A stretch of DNA of 64,000 bases from Syntrophomonadaceae bacterium (GTDB lineage: Bacteria; Bacteroidota; Ignavibacteria; Ignavibacteriales; SURF-24). The notes beneath the pieces were generated by a model, which saw only the letters and a program-made list of their open reading frames with translations, did no database searches and had not been told where the DNA came from. Shown here piece after piece: positions 55,237-63,922 of the stretch (position 1 is its first letter; each line of letters opens with the position of its first letter). Where the stretch lies: contig JBLNAZ010000082.1 in assembly GCA_050259615.1 (NCBI GenBank), positions 23,374 to 87,373 on the forward strand, in the 5' to 3' direction. A program made the position numbers and the translations under genes.

Positions 55237-57198
55237 TTACAAATTGTTTTTAACCCAGTTTTCAAGTCCGCCGAAAACTATGAGCTCTTGTGCTGCAGCT
55301 CCAACGGGACTTATCTTATATTGTTTTCCTTCTGCCGAAAGAACTGAACGCCTGAAATCAATTTCAGCCGTAATGCCGGTTTTAACAGTAAGCGTGTCCT
55401 GCCCGAATTTGTTCTTCAGTTCTTTAATCAGTTCAGGGGCCTCTATAAGCAGGAATCCGTTATTAAGCGCGTTTCTCTTATAGGTTTCGTTAAACGATCC
55501 GGCCACAACAAGCTGAATGCCCCTGTACTTAAGGGCTGTTGCCGCCTGCTCCCTTGAGCTTCCGGTTCCGAAGTTGAAGCCGCCTGCAAGTATGTCGCCC
55601 TTATTTACAATCTTTCCGAATTCAGGATCATAGTTTTCCATAACAACCTGAGCCTGTTCATCGGGAGTCATGTCGTCGTTATACGTATACTTGCCGGGAT
55701 AAATTCCGTCAGTATTCATATTATCCTGGTGGCAGAAGATAAGTTCACCTATAACTTTTTCAGCAAAGCCTTCAATGATTTTAATTTCTTCATCAACGGA
55801 GGAATTATTCTTTGCTTCTTTTATCGTGCCCGTAAGTTTTGCTGTCTTGCCGGTCCAGTCGAAGGTAATCTTACCTGAAAGTGCGCTTGAGGCCACAACG
55901 GCAGGGGAGGCCAGGTAAGCCTGTGCATTGGGAGAACCCATTCTTCCCTTGAAGTTTCTGTTTGTGGCGGAAATGCCCACTTCACCGTCTTCCAGGAGTC
56001 CTGTTCCAAGTCCTATGCATGGTCCGCAGCCAGGAGGAAGCGGTATTGCCCCGGCATCCAGTAACGCCTGCCAGTCGCCGCGCTTTTCGCTTTCAGCCTG
56101 AACTTCGCTTGAGGCTGCTGCAATGTAGAACTTGACGCCTTCGTGTACTTTCTTTCCCTTAACAATCTTTGCTGCTTCAGAAAGATCATCCACACGGCTG
56201 TTGACGCAGGAAACAAGATACGCCTTATGGATTTTCACGTCCTTATCCTTAATTTCAGAAACAGGCGTCATTACCTTAACCGTATTAGGCCCTGAAACGT
56301 AAGGCTCCACTGAAGAGAGGTCCAGTTCAATTTCCTTTTCATAGAACGCGTCAGTATCAGCCTTCAGCGATTCTTTTTCAAGTGTGTCAATTCTTTCTTT
56401 ATTTATGCGTGTGTTATAGCCATTCGAGTCTGAGTTAACCCCGGCAGGACCTCTTTTTGAAAGGAACATTTCTCTGGTTTTAAGCCAGTTTATTGTTACC
56501 TCATCAATAGGGAATACGCCTGCAAGGGCGCCCCATTCGGTTGTCATATTGGCAATGGAAAGCCTTTCATCAACTGAAAGATACTTTACTCCTTCACCTG
56601 TAAATTCAATTGCATGGTTAAGCACCTCATCGTGGTTGAAGAAACCGCAGAGGGCTATGATTACGTCCTTACCTGTAACCCCGGGCTGAAGTTTTCCCTT
56701 TAGTTCAACTTTAGCTATAGGGGGCACCTGCCACCATGTTCTGCCTGTAGCCCAGATGGCTGCAGCATCGGTTCTGACTATAGGGGTGCCAAGGCATCCC
56801 AGGCCGCCATACATATTAGAATGGCTGTCTGAAGCAACTACCATTGTGCCCGGAAAGGCATAGCCCTCCTCGCACATGATCTGATGCCCGATACCACGGC
56901 CTGCAGGATAAAAATCGGCTCCCATGCTTTTTGAGAACGCCTCTATCTTTTTATACTTCTCGAGGTTCTTTTCGCTTTTATCCTGTACGTTATGGTCAAG
57001 TGTATTTACAACCTGATTCGGGTTCTGGAGTTTTGTTGCTCCGATGCTTTTGAATTTTGGAATTACGGCTCCCGTATTATCGTGTGTCATTACATAGGCG
57101 GGTCTGATCGAAATATAATCCCTGGCGTGAACCTGCTGTGAGGCTGCAAGCCCCACGGCAAATCTCTGTGCAATTTTTTCTATTAATGTCTGCGACAT
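55237..57198 (-). CDS. fused aconitase-family hydro-lyase (LeuC-like + LeuD-like; homoaconitase/isopropylmalate isomerase type)
   Basis: I prefer ATG 57198 (AGGAG 8 nt upstream) over the tracked 57252. Cluster Cys in VSCVNSR and PGCGPCIG; swivel-domain motif GFNFGTGSSREQAA. Confidence 0.85.
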   Translation of the reverse strand: MSQTLIEKIAQRFAVGLAASQQVHARDYISIRPAYVMTHDNTGAVIPKFKSIGATKLQNPNQVVNTLDHNVQDKSEKNLEKYKKIEAFSKSMGADFYPAGRGIGHQIMCEEGYAFPGTMVVASDSHSNMYGGLGCLGTPIVRTDAAAIWATGRTWWQVPPIAKVELKGKLQPGVTGKDVIIALCGFFNHDEVLNHAIEFTGEGVKYLSVDERLSIANMTTEWGALAGVFPIDEVTINWLKTREMFLSKRGPAGVNSDSNGYNTRINKERIDTLEKESLKADTDAFYEKEIELDLSSVEPYVSGPNTVKVMTPVSEIKDKDVKIHKAYLVSCVNSRVDDLSEAAKIVKGKKVHEGVKFYIAAASSEVQAESEKRGDWQALLDAGAIPLPPGCGPCIGLGTGLLEDGEVGISATNRNFKGRMGSPNAQAYLASPAVVASSALSGKITFDWTGKTAKLTGTIKEAKNNSSVDEEIKIIEGFAEKVIGELIFCHQDNMNTDGIYPGKYTYNDDMTPDEQAQVVMENYDPEFGKIVNKGDILAGGFNFGTGSSREQAATALKYRGIQLVVAGSFNETYKRNALNNGFLLIEAPELIKELKNKFGQDTLTVKTGITAEIDFRRSVLSAEGKQYKISPVGAAAQELIVFGGLENWVKNNL

Positions 57199-57261
57199 CG
57201 TTTTATCTCCTGAAAAGAGTTCATTTACGTGCTTTAGAAGTTTACAATACAATTTTAGCAG

Positions 57262-57288
57262 GGCAGGGGGATTATGGGTCCCCCTGCC
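57262..57288 (-). other. intercistronic GC-rich 10-bp stem-loop (HD / aconitase-family spacer)
   Basis: GGCAGGGGGA (57262..57271), loop TTATGGG, TCCCCCTGCC (57279..57288). No U-run after it on the minus strand. Confidence 0.55.
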
Positions 57289-57298
57289 TTAAACTCAA

Positions 57299-57832
57299 TT
57301 AAGCCTTGAACGGATCGAAACTCACAAAATCTGCATGATGAACTATAATGGATTCAACAGTCCTCATCCCAAGGTCGCCCTCTTTGGAGTGTGTTGCAAT
57401 TATGTGCTGAACTTCAGGCGGGATGCCGAAGCGGTCCACTATGCCAATGCCGCTGAAAGGGTGCCTGAGGAGTTTTCCGGCAAAGCTGGTTGTAAGTTTT
57501 CCATCCTTTATTTCATACTCAAGAAGCTTTCCAACGTCAATTAAAATAGCGCCTGCAATAAGTGTATCCATGTCTATTTTAATTTCGCTTCCGAAGTTTT
57601 CCGTCATTGTTTTTGCCATATCAACTGCGAGTTTCACGCAGGTGCGCTTATGGTTCATGAAAGTGATCCTGCAGTCCTTTAAGAGAAGTGAAAATGGGAT
57701 CTTTTCAAGATCTTCTGCAGCAAGAACGCTGTTTTCAATTGCATAAACCCAGCAGTCGGTTACCTTATTCCTGAGATCCTCATTTTTAATCCAGTTGATC
57801 TCGGGCCATATCTTAAGTACTTTATCGCGCAT
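57299..57832 (-). CDS. HD-domain-like protein with altered HD dyad
   Basis: 177 aa. It has the HD-domain layout (NHKRT..., AGAILIDVGK, ATHSKEGD, VHHADF), but ID stands where the canonical LLHDIGK has HD. Confidence 0.7.
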   Translation of the reverse strand: MRDKVLKIWPEINWIKNEDLRNKVTDCWVYAIENSVLAAEDLEKIPFSLLLKDCRITFMNHKRTCVKLAVDMAKTMTENFGSEIKIDMDTLIAGAILIDVGKLLEYEIKDGKLTTSFAGKLLRHPFSGIGIVDRFGIPPEVQHIIATHSKEGDLGMRTVESIIVHHADFVSFDPFKA

Positions 57833-57842
57833 TATTATCCCC

Positions 57843-59018
57843 TCACAGTTTGGCTATTATTGCATCTGTCATTTCCTGTGTTGTACAGGCACCATGCTTA
57901 AATACGTCGGGACCGCCTTTAAGCTTCATCATGTCGTATGTTTTAACGCTGCCTTCTTCAATTACCTGTGAAATTGCGCGGCGGATCTTTCCGGCCTTTT
58001 CATTTTCACCTATATGGTCGAGCATCATGCATGCGCTTAATATCATGGCAATTGGGTTTACAATTGAGGGGTTCAATTCCTGGTACTTTGGTGCAGAACC
58101 GTGTGTGGGTTCGAACACAGCAACTTCCTGTCCAATGTTAGCGCTGCATGCAAAGCCCAGTCCGCCAACGAGGCCTGCAAAGCCGTCGCTTATTATGTCG
58201 CCGAACATATTTTCTGCAACTATAACGCCGTAAGATTCAGGGTTCTTTGTAAGCCACATCATCTGTGCGTCGATGTTTGTATCCCAGAGCTCAATTCCGG
58301 GGTAGTTCTTTGCAATTTCCTTTGCTTCCTTGAACATCATACCTGAAGTTTCCCTTAATACGTTTGGTTTTTCGCACAGGGTGAGGTTCTTATACCCGTA
58401 TTTTTTTGCATACTCGAAGGCCGCCGTAAGGATTCTTCTTGAGGCGTTTCTCGTAACTATACGCGTTGAAACAGCCAGATCTTCACTCGGTGTATCCTTA
58501 AAGAACTTCATCTTGGGGTGTGTTTCAAGAGCATCGCGGACCTGTTTCGGGGGATTTGTCCATTCAACTCCGGCATAGAGACCTTCGGTATTCTGCCTGA
58601 AGATTACAGTATCCACCATCGGCTCTTCAAAGCCATCAGAAGTTCTGCGTATAAAATTGAGCGGATTGCCCTTAAATGAAAGGCATGGACGGATGCAGAT
58701 ATCAAGGTTGAAATGCTGTCTTAAGCCGACAATCGGGCTGAAATAAACATAACCTTTATCGCGGAGCGACGGATCCAGTTCCCTGGCAGCGGCGTCTTTG
58801 GGCTTGCTTGTTATTGCACCAAAAAGGCCTGTTTTGTGCTCAGAAAGAAGATCTATCGTTCTTTGGGGTAATGCATTTCCCTCTTTTATCCAGAAATCCC
58901 ATCCAATATCACCATGGACATAGTTTGCTTCAAAACCTACTGCATCTAAAACTCTGATTGCTTCAGGAAGAACTGTTTTGCCTATACCGTCGCCAGGCAT
59001 TGATACAATTGTGCGCAT
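57843..59018 (-). CDS. isocitrate/isopropylmalate dehydrogenase-family beta-decarboxylating dehydrogenase
   Basis: MPGDGIGKTV, RQNTEGLYAG, NMFGDIISDGFAGLVGGLG family signature. Confidence 0.85.
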   Translation of the reverse strand: MRTIVSMPGDGIGKTVLPEAIRVLDAVGFEANYVHGDIGWDFWIKEGNALPQRTIDLLSEHKTGLFGAITSKPKDAAARELDPSLRDKGYVYFSPIVGLRQHFNLDICIRPCLSFKGNPLNFIRRTSDGFEEPMVDTVIFRQNTEGLYAGVEWTNPPKQVRDALETHPKMKFFKDTPSEDLAVSTRIVTRNASRRILTAAFEYAKKYGYKNLTLCEKPNVLRETSGMMFKEAKEIAKNYPGIELWDTNIDAQMMWLTKNPESYGVIVAENMFGDIISDGFAGLVGGLGFACSANIGQEVAVFEPTHGSAPKYQELNPSIVNPIAMILSACMMLDHIGENEKAGKIRRAISQVIEEGSVKTYDMMKLKGGPDVFKHGACTTQEMTDAIIAKL

Positions 59019-59259
59019 ATATAAGTCCTTATTTGTGAATTGTTGAAATGTCGATATCTAAATTATAGAATTCCTTTTATGTTAGCAAGAAAAATGGCAG
59101 AAAGATAAAGAGGTGCAAAAGAAGAGCCGGAGGCAATAGGAACTTTGATTTATTTTGTTGCTTTTTGTTAAAAATTCAATAATTTAACTCTTAATCTATT
59201 TTTCGCCTGTGTAGAGTGTTCTGTAAAATAAATAATTATTAACCTTAGAGGGATCCCAA

Positions 59260-59973
59260 ATGAAAAAGTTGTACACTTTAGTTGTCCTCTTGCTCATGTC
59301 TTTTTTAATTGCTTCCTGCTCAAAAAAAGATGATAACCCAAATGGTCCGGGAACCAATGATACAGCACCCGGAATTCCCACCGTAACCTTTAAAGGGCCT
59401 AATACCAATTCAACTGATCAGTTTGCACTTTTGACAAAATCATCTGTTGAATCAATGAATGCATACCCGATGCTTTTTTACGGTGTGTTTGCATCAATTC
59501 CGCCAAGTAACAGCGATGGAAAGTGGCAATGGGTAGTTAAGCCTGGCGGTACGGCTACAGAGACATTTACTGCTTCGAAGAACTCGGACGGCAGCTTTAC
59601 ATGGAAGCTGATCTTAAACGGGACAATTGATAACAACAGCTACAATAACTGGAAAGCTCTAGAAGGGACAACCAGTGCAGACGGAAAAAATGGAAACTGG
59701 AAAATATTTGACGATAACACTACAATCCTTGTGGGAGAATTTAACTGGAGCACCAATTCAGGCGGAATTCTTTCAGGCACAATGTTAAGTTACAATAACG
59801 GAGTTGCTTCCGGAAAAATTGAAGTAGTAAATAATCCGGATAATTCAGGTTCACTTAAGGTCTATGGCGAAACTAATGTCCTGGAATTCCTTTCCACCTG
59901 GAAAGCCGATGGCACCGGTACCTGGCATTCTTACGACAACGGCGTGGAGAAGACCAACGGGAACTGGCAGTAA
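59260..59973 (+). CDS. lipoprotein, unknown family, paralog 1 of 3
   Basis: Lipobox LIASC. Blocks shared with the two downstream genes: SFTWKLILNGT, GTTSADGKNGNWKIFDDNTTILVGEFNW, DGTGTWHSYDNG. Confidence 0.85.
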   Translation: MKKLYTLVVLLLMSFLIASCSKKDDNPNGPGTNDTAPGIPTVTFKGPNTNSTDQFALLTKSSVESMNAYPMLFYGVFASIPPSNSDGKWQWVVKPGGTATETFTASKNSDGSFTWKLILNGTIDNNSYNNWKALEGTTSADGKNGNWKIFDDNTTILVGEFNWSTNSGGILSGTMLSYNNGVASGKIEVVNNPDNSGSLKVYGETNVLEFLSTWKADGTGTWHSYDNGVEKTNGNWQ

Positions 59974-60002
59974 GCCTTAAACAGATACAATTTACTTTTT
60001 TC

Positions 60003-60035
60003 AGCCCCTTTCATCATTGGAAGGGGCTTTTTTTT
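60003..60035 (+). terminator. rho-independent terminator after paralog 1
   Basis: AGCCCCTT (60003..60010) pairs with AAGGGGCT (60021..60028), followed by TTTTTTT. Confidence 0.85.
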
Positions 60036-60154
60036 ACTTTCCATAACTTAAGCTTACAGGTTTGGTTTCAGCAAAAAAATATTTAACTTAACCGCTGCAA
60101 ATTCAGGGCTCTGACAGAATTCAAATAACTATAGACTTAAAAAGGGACTCTAAA

Positions 60155-60859
60155 ATGAAAAAATGGCACTCCTTTGTTCTTCTGTTACTTTTTCCCGTTT
60201 TAATTACTTCATGTTCCCAAAAGGATAATCCCGCGGGCGCAGAAAATCAGGATGCTGTTTCACTTCCTACTTTTTCTTTTAAGGCACCTAATACTGCCTC
60301 AAAAGACCAGTATGCCACAAAAACAAAGGAGCAGATTTCTTCAGCTAATGATTACGCTCAGATCATCAGTTCTGCATTTGTCCATATTTCACCAAGTAAG
60401 AACGGGAACACATGGACCTGGGTCTGGCAGGCCGGAGGGGGAGCAACCGAAACCTTGACGGGGTTAAAGAATACTGACGGCAGCATTTCCTGGGAATTGA
60501 TTCTCAATGGAAACATTTATGGTCAAAACTACAGCAACAGGAAAATTATGGACGGCACCACAAGCGCAGACGAAAAAAAGGGAAACTGGAACATTTATGA
60601 CCAAAATACAACCATCCTGGTATCCAGGCTTTCCTGGACTTCTGATGAGAGCGGAGTTATTTCTGGCACAGTGGCAAAATATTCTTTCTCACTTGTGACA
60701 GGTAAAAAGGAAATAATAAACAGGCCGGATAAATCGGGTGAACTGACGGTTTACGATGAAAATAGCCTGATAACATTCCAGTCGAGCTGGAAAACAAATG
60801 GCAGCGGCGACTGGAAGTCATATACGAACGGTCTGGAAACAGCAAGCGGAAGCTGGTAA
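60155..60859 (+). CDS. lipoprotein, unknown family, paralog 2 of 3
   Basis: Lipobox LITSC. Blocks SISWELILNGN, GTTSADEKKGNWNIYDQNTTILVSRLSW, NGSGDWKSYTNG. Confidence 0.85.
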   Translation: MKKWHSFVLLLLFPVLITSCSQKDNPAGAENQDAVSLPTFSFKAPNTASKDQYATKTKEQISSANDYAQIISSAFVHISPSKNGNTWTWVWQAGGGATETLTGLKNTDGSISWELILNGNIYGQNYSNRKIMDGTTSADEKKGNWNIYDQNTTILVSRLSWTSDESGVISGTVAKYSFSLVTGKKEIINRPDKSGELTVYDENSLITFQSSWKTNGSGDWKSYTNGLETASGSW

Positions 60860-60871
60860 TAATATTATTTA

Positions 60872-60903
60872 AGCCCCTTTCATTCTCCGGAAGGGGCTTT
60901 TTT
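60872..60903 (+). terminator. rho-independent terminator after paralog 2
   Basis: AGCCCCTT (60872..60879) pairs with AAGGGGCT (60891..60898), followed by TTTTT. The stem sequence is identical to the terminator at 60003. Confidence 0.85.
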
Positions 60904-61129
60904 CCCTTCCCCCATGGGCCTAAAAACCCGCCTTTCACGTTCAACGGCCTTCACACATCCAGGCCTTCGGCAAATAAGGTAAGTCCCTCCAAAAAGGCAC
61001 TGCTAAGTAAAAAAAGATTTCATATCATATTGTAACGCAAGAAGATTGTTACTTTACATTGCCGCGTTTTTATACGGTCAGGAATTGACGATAAAAGTCT
61101 TGTTAAAATAAGAGAAGGGAGAAGTTCAT

Positions 61130-61855
61130 ATGAAAAGATCATTTAGCTTTTTAGTTCTGTCTTTTTTGATATTGGCTTTCCTTGCAGCGGGCTGTTCCAA
61201 AAAAGACGATAACCCCGCAGCTCCGGCAGTTGTTACTAATCCCGGTACGCCCCCTGAAGTCCCGAACGTTGGTATAAAGGGCCCCTCTTCAACTTCAAAC
61301 GATCCGTTCTTTTTACTGGCCAAAAGCTATTTTAACAGCCTTGGCACCTTCACATATTATTCAGACATGTTCCGAAATGTACAGGCCGTTTATTCAGACA
61401 CCGGCTGGGTAAGAAAATTTCTGAACGGATCTATTACAGCCACACTGACTTCAACCAGGCTTGCCGACGGGTCCATCAGCTGGAAACTGATTTTGAACGG
61501 CACTACGGACAGCGTTACATATAATAACTGGCTCGCCCTGGAGGGCGTCTCAAGTGCCGACGGGAAGTCGGGAACATGGAAACTGTTCCATCAGAATACA
61601 AATCTCCTTACCGGTGACTACAGCTGGCAGAAAAATGCTGACAGCTCAATTACCGCAACTATAAGAGATTATAACGCCAGCGGCACCATCCGTACGAGAA
61701 TAGAAGCTACGGATAAGGCGGACAATTCAGGACAGGTGCTTGTATATTTTTACACCAGTCTCTCGTTTAAGGCCTCCTGGCTCTCAGATGGCACTGGGCA
61801 GTGGTGGACATACGACTCCTCCGGGAACATCCGCCACCAGGGCACCTGGTCATAA
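61130..61855 (+). CDS. lipoprotein, unknown family, paralog 3 of 3
   Basis: Lipobox LAAGC. Blocks SISWKLILNGT, GVSSADGKSGTWKLFHQNTNLLTGDYSW, DGTGQWWTYDSSG. Confidence 0.85.
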   Translation: MKRSFSFLVLSFLILAFLAAGCSKKDDNPAAPAVVTNPGTPPEVPNVGIKGPSSTSNDPFFLLAKSYFNSLGTFTYYSDMFRNVQAVYSDTGWVRKFLNGSITATLTSTRLADGSISWKLILNGTTDSVTYNNWLALEGVSSADGKSGTWKLFHQNTNLLTGDYSWQKNADSSITATIRDYNASGTIRTRIEATDKADNSGQVLVYFYTSLSFKASWLSDGTGQWWTYDSSGNIRHQGTWS

Positions 61856-61877
61856 TTACCATCTGAACATCTTTGCG

Positions 61878-61899
61878 GGGCAGGCACAACAGCCTGCCC
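61878..61899. terminator. hairpin between convergent genes
   Basis: GGGCAGGC (61878..61885), loop ACAACA, GCCTGCCC (61892..61899). It abuts the stop codon of the minus-strand gene. Confidence 0.6.
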
Positions 61900-63876
61900 T
61901 TATAATTTTATGTCCAGCTGAAAACTCAGATAATTGTTTTCCTCTTCGGCCGGATTTGAACCTCCGGATCTGTATGTCTCAGAATATTTCATGGAAGCCG
62001 AGAGTTTTGAAAATATCCTCCCCTGAATATTTATAAACCATTTAACCCCGCTCCCAAAAAGGGAAGAGTTTACAAGGCTGCCCGGTGTATCGTACTCCAG
62101 CTGAAAAATTCTAGAGTAATAGGAATCTGTCCTGAAATATGCTATTCTCGCCGAGAGGGAAAACACGCTCCTTGAAATTCCGGTTTCCTCGTAAAGTACT
62201 AAGCCGCTTTCCTTTTTCCCGGACTTTGGATTAAGGTATCTGTCGATACTGCCGTGCAGTTTTACATATAAAGATCCCGTAAAGCCCAGGCTCAGCTCCC
62301 CCTTAAATGTGCGGCTTTGCCTCAGGAACGTTCCGGAAAAAGGATCCCTGAGGTCGCATATCTCTTCATCTCCGTTTCTGTATCTTAAGTTTAACTTCAG
62401 CTTTCTGAACGGGGAACAGGTATAGCTCAGGCCGAACTTGTTCCCGTTTACAGGCAGCATGCTGCCTGTTTTTTGCTTCTTAAACTGGTCATAGAATAGG
62501 TCAATCGTGCCGAGGAAGCTCCTGATATTTATACCCCCGTAGATCCCGGTTTCCTGCCTCGCACACCCGGAACTGCTGCCCGAGGAGAATGAGTGCATGG
62601 AAGGAAAGCCTGATGGGTAATGCCTGAAGGATATAAGCGCGTTTATCTCTTCGGTTATTATAAATTCCAGAGAGCTGTTAAATGCCGGTTTTTTGTTTCC
62701 CAGTGCTGCCTCGCCGGAAAAATACAGCCTGTTAAGGAAAAGTTTACATGAAAGGGAAAATACATCAAACCTTTTCCCGGAAAGACTTAAAGCGGAGGTT
62801 TCAAGGAACGGATGGCTGAATTCAGAACGGTAAAAAAGTATCCCGGCTTCAAGCAATTCCTCTATAGCTAATTCAGCCCCGGCCCCGAAAAGAACTTCTT
62901 TTACTTTGTCCTTTTTCTGACTTTCCCTCAGGGTCCTGTGGTAGCCTGAAGTATAAAAGGAGGTAACGCTGCCTGAAGCGCTGTCGAGGTTTGCATCCCT
63001 CCGGCTGCCTGAATAGAAAGCTGAAGCCTTAAAACCATTGAAAGAAAATGTTACAGCCCCGCCTCTTAAAAAGCTGTTTTCATCAGTGCTAGTGTAAGGC
63101 TTAATATCCTTTTTCTGCCTGTGTCTGGAACTCACCGCATTGCCATCTTTCAGATACCCATACGGGCTCCAGAGGGCAAGCCCCTGCCCGAACTCTACAC
63201 TGTAGTCGCCTATAAGAACAGTCTCAAATGGCTTAAGTGAGTTTACCATCAGGTGGAATGAATTGAAATCCGCAAAGGAAGTTTCACCGGCATCTTTTTC
63301 AAGAGTTAATCCCATCTGATATCGGTCTTTGCTGCAGACTTTAAGGCGGTTATAAAGCTTAATTGGAGTGCCGGTATAAGTCGCGGCTGTAACACCCTTA
63401 TTATATAAGGAGTTGCTTAATATTCTGATGCGCAAATCCACCTTTGGGATAGTGCTGAGATCCGGTTTTGCCATTAAAGTATTTGCACTTGCGGGAATCA
63501 CCTCTAAAGAGCCTGCATCGATATAGGGTAAAATGTTATTTATAAGCAAGTTAGATAATCCTTTTATCTGCCGGAGCTCATAAACAGAAAAGAACTTACC
63601 CGATTTATTACGGTACTCTATAATGGATTTTGCGTCCTGGTAATTAAGAAACGGTATTCGGAGAAGGTCTTCCAGCTGGGCTGAATTTATATCAACCGGG
63701 CGCGCTGAAAGGTTTTCAAGATCATCAGAAAGTTCACTGTCATTGACATCCGTCAGGTTATCTTCAAGCGCATTGTTCCAGAAGCGTTCAATGTTAAAAA
63801 CGGATGAATCACCCTGCGGGAAAATTAAACTGTTCAGGAGTAAAAATCCTGTTAGTATAAGTGACAGAAATTTCAT
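61900..63876 (-). CDS. outer-membrane protein with N-terminal ComEA-like helix-hairpin-helix domain and large putative beta-barrel
   Basis: Signal peptide MKFLSLILTGFLLLNSLIFPQ. HhH region VDINSAQLEDLLRIPFLNYQDAKSIIEYRNKSGKFFSVYELRQIKGL. The remaining ~520 aa are G/S/Y/F-rich with alternating pattern. Confidence 0.8.
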   Translation of the reverse strand: MKFLSLILTGFLLLNSLIFPQGDSSVFNIERFWNNALEDNLTDVNDSELSDDLENLSARPVDINSAQLEDLLRIPFLNYQDAKSIIEYRNKSGKFFSVYELRQIKGLSNLLINNILPYIDAGSLEVIPASANTLMAKPDLSTIPKVDLRIRILSNSLYNKGVTAATYTGTPIKLYNRLKVCSKDRYQMGLTLEKDAGETSFADFNSFHLMVNSLKPFETVLIGDYSVEFGQGLALWSPYGYLKDGNAVSSRHRQKKDIKPYTSTDENSFLRGGAVTFSFNGFKASAFYSGSRRDANLDSASGSVTSFYTSGYHRTLRESQKKDKVKEVLFGAGAELAIEELLEAGILFYRSEFSHPFLETSALSLSGKRFDVFSLSCKLFLNRLYFSGEAALGNKKPAFNSSLEFIITEEINALISFRHYPSGFPSMHSFSSGSSSGCARQETGIYGGINIRSFLGTIDLFYDQFKKQKTGSMLPVNGNKFGLSYTCSPFRKLKLNLRYRNGDEEICDLRDPFSGTFLRQSRTFKGELSLGFTGSLYVKLHGSIDRYLNPKSGKKESGLVLYEETGISRSVFSLSARIAYFRTDSYYSRIFQLEYDTPGSLVNSSLFGSGVKWFINIQGRIFSKLSASMKYSETYRSGGSNPAEEENNYLSFQLDIKL

Positions 63877-63922
63877 GGCCAGCCGTCAGGTAAATCTCTT
63901 TTGATCCGGGTAAGTCCGGGCT

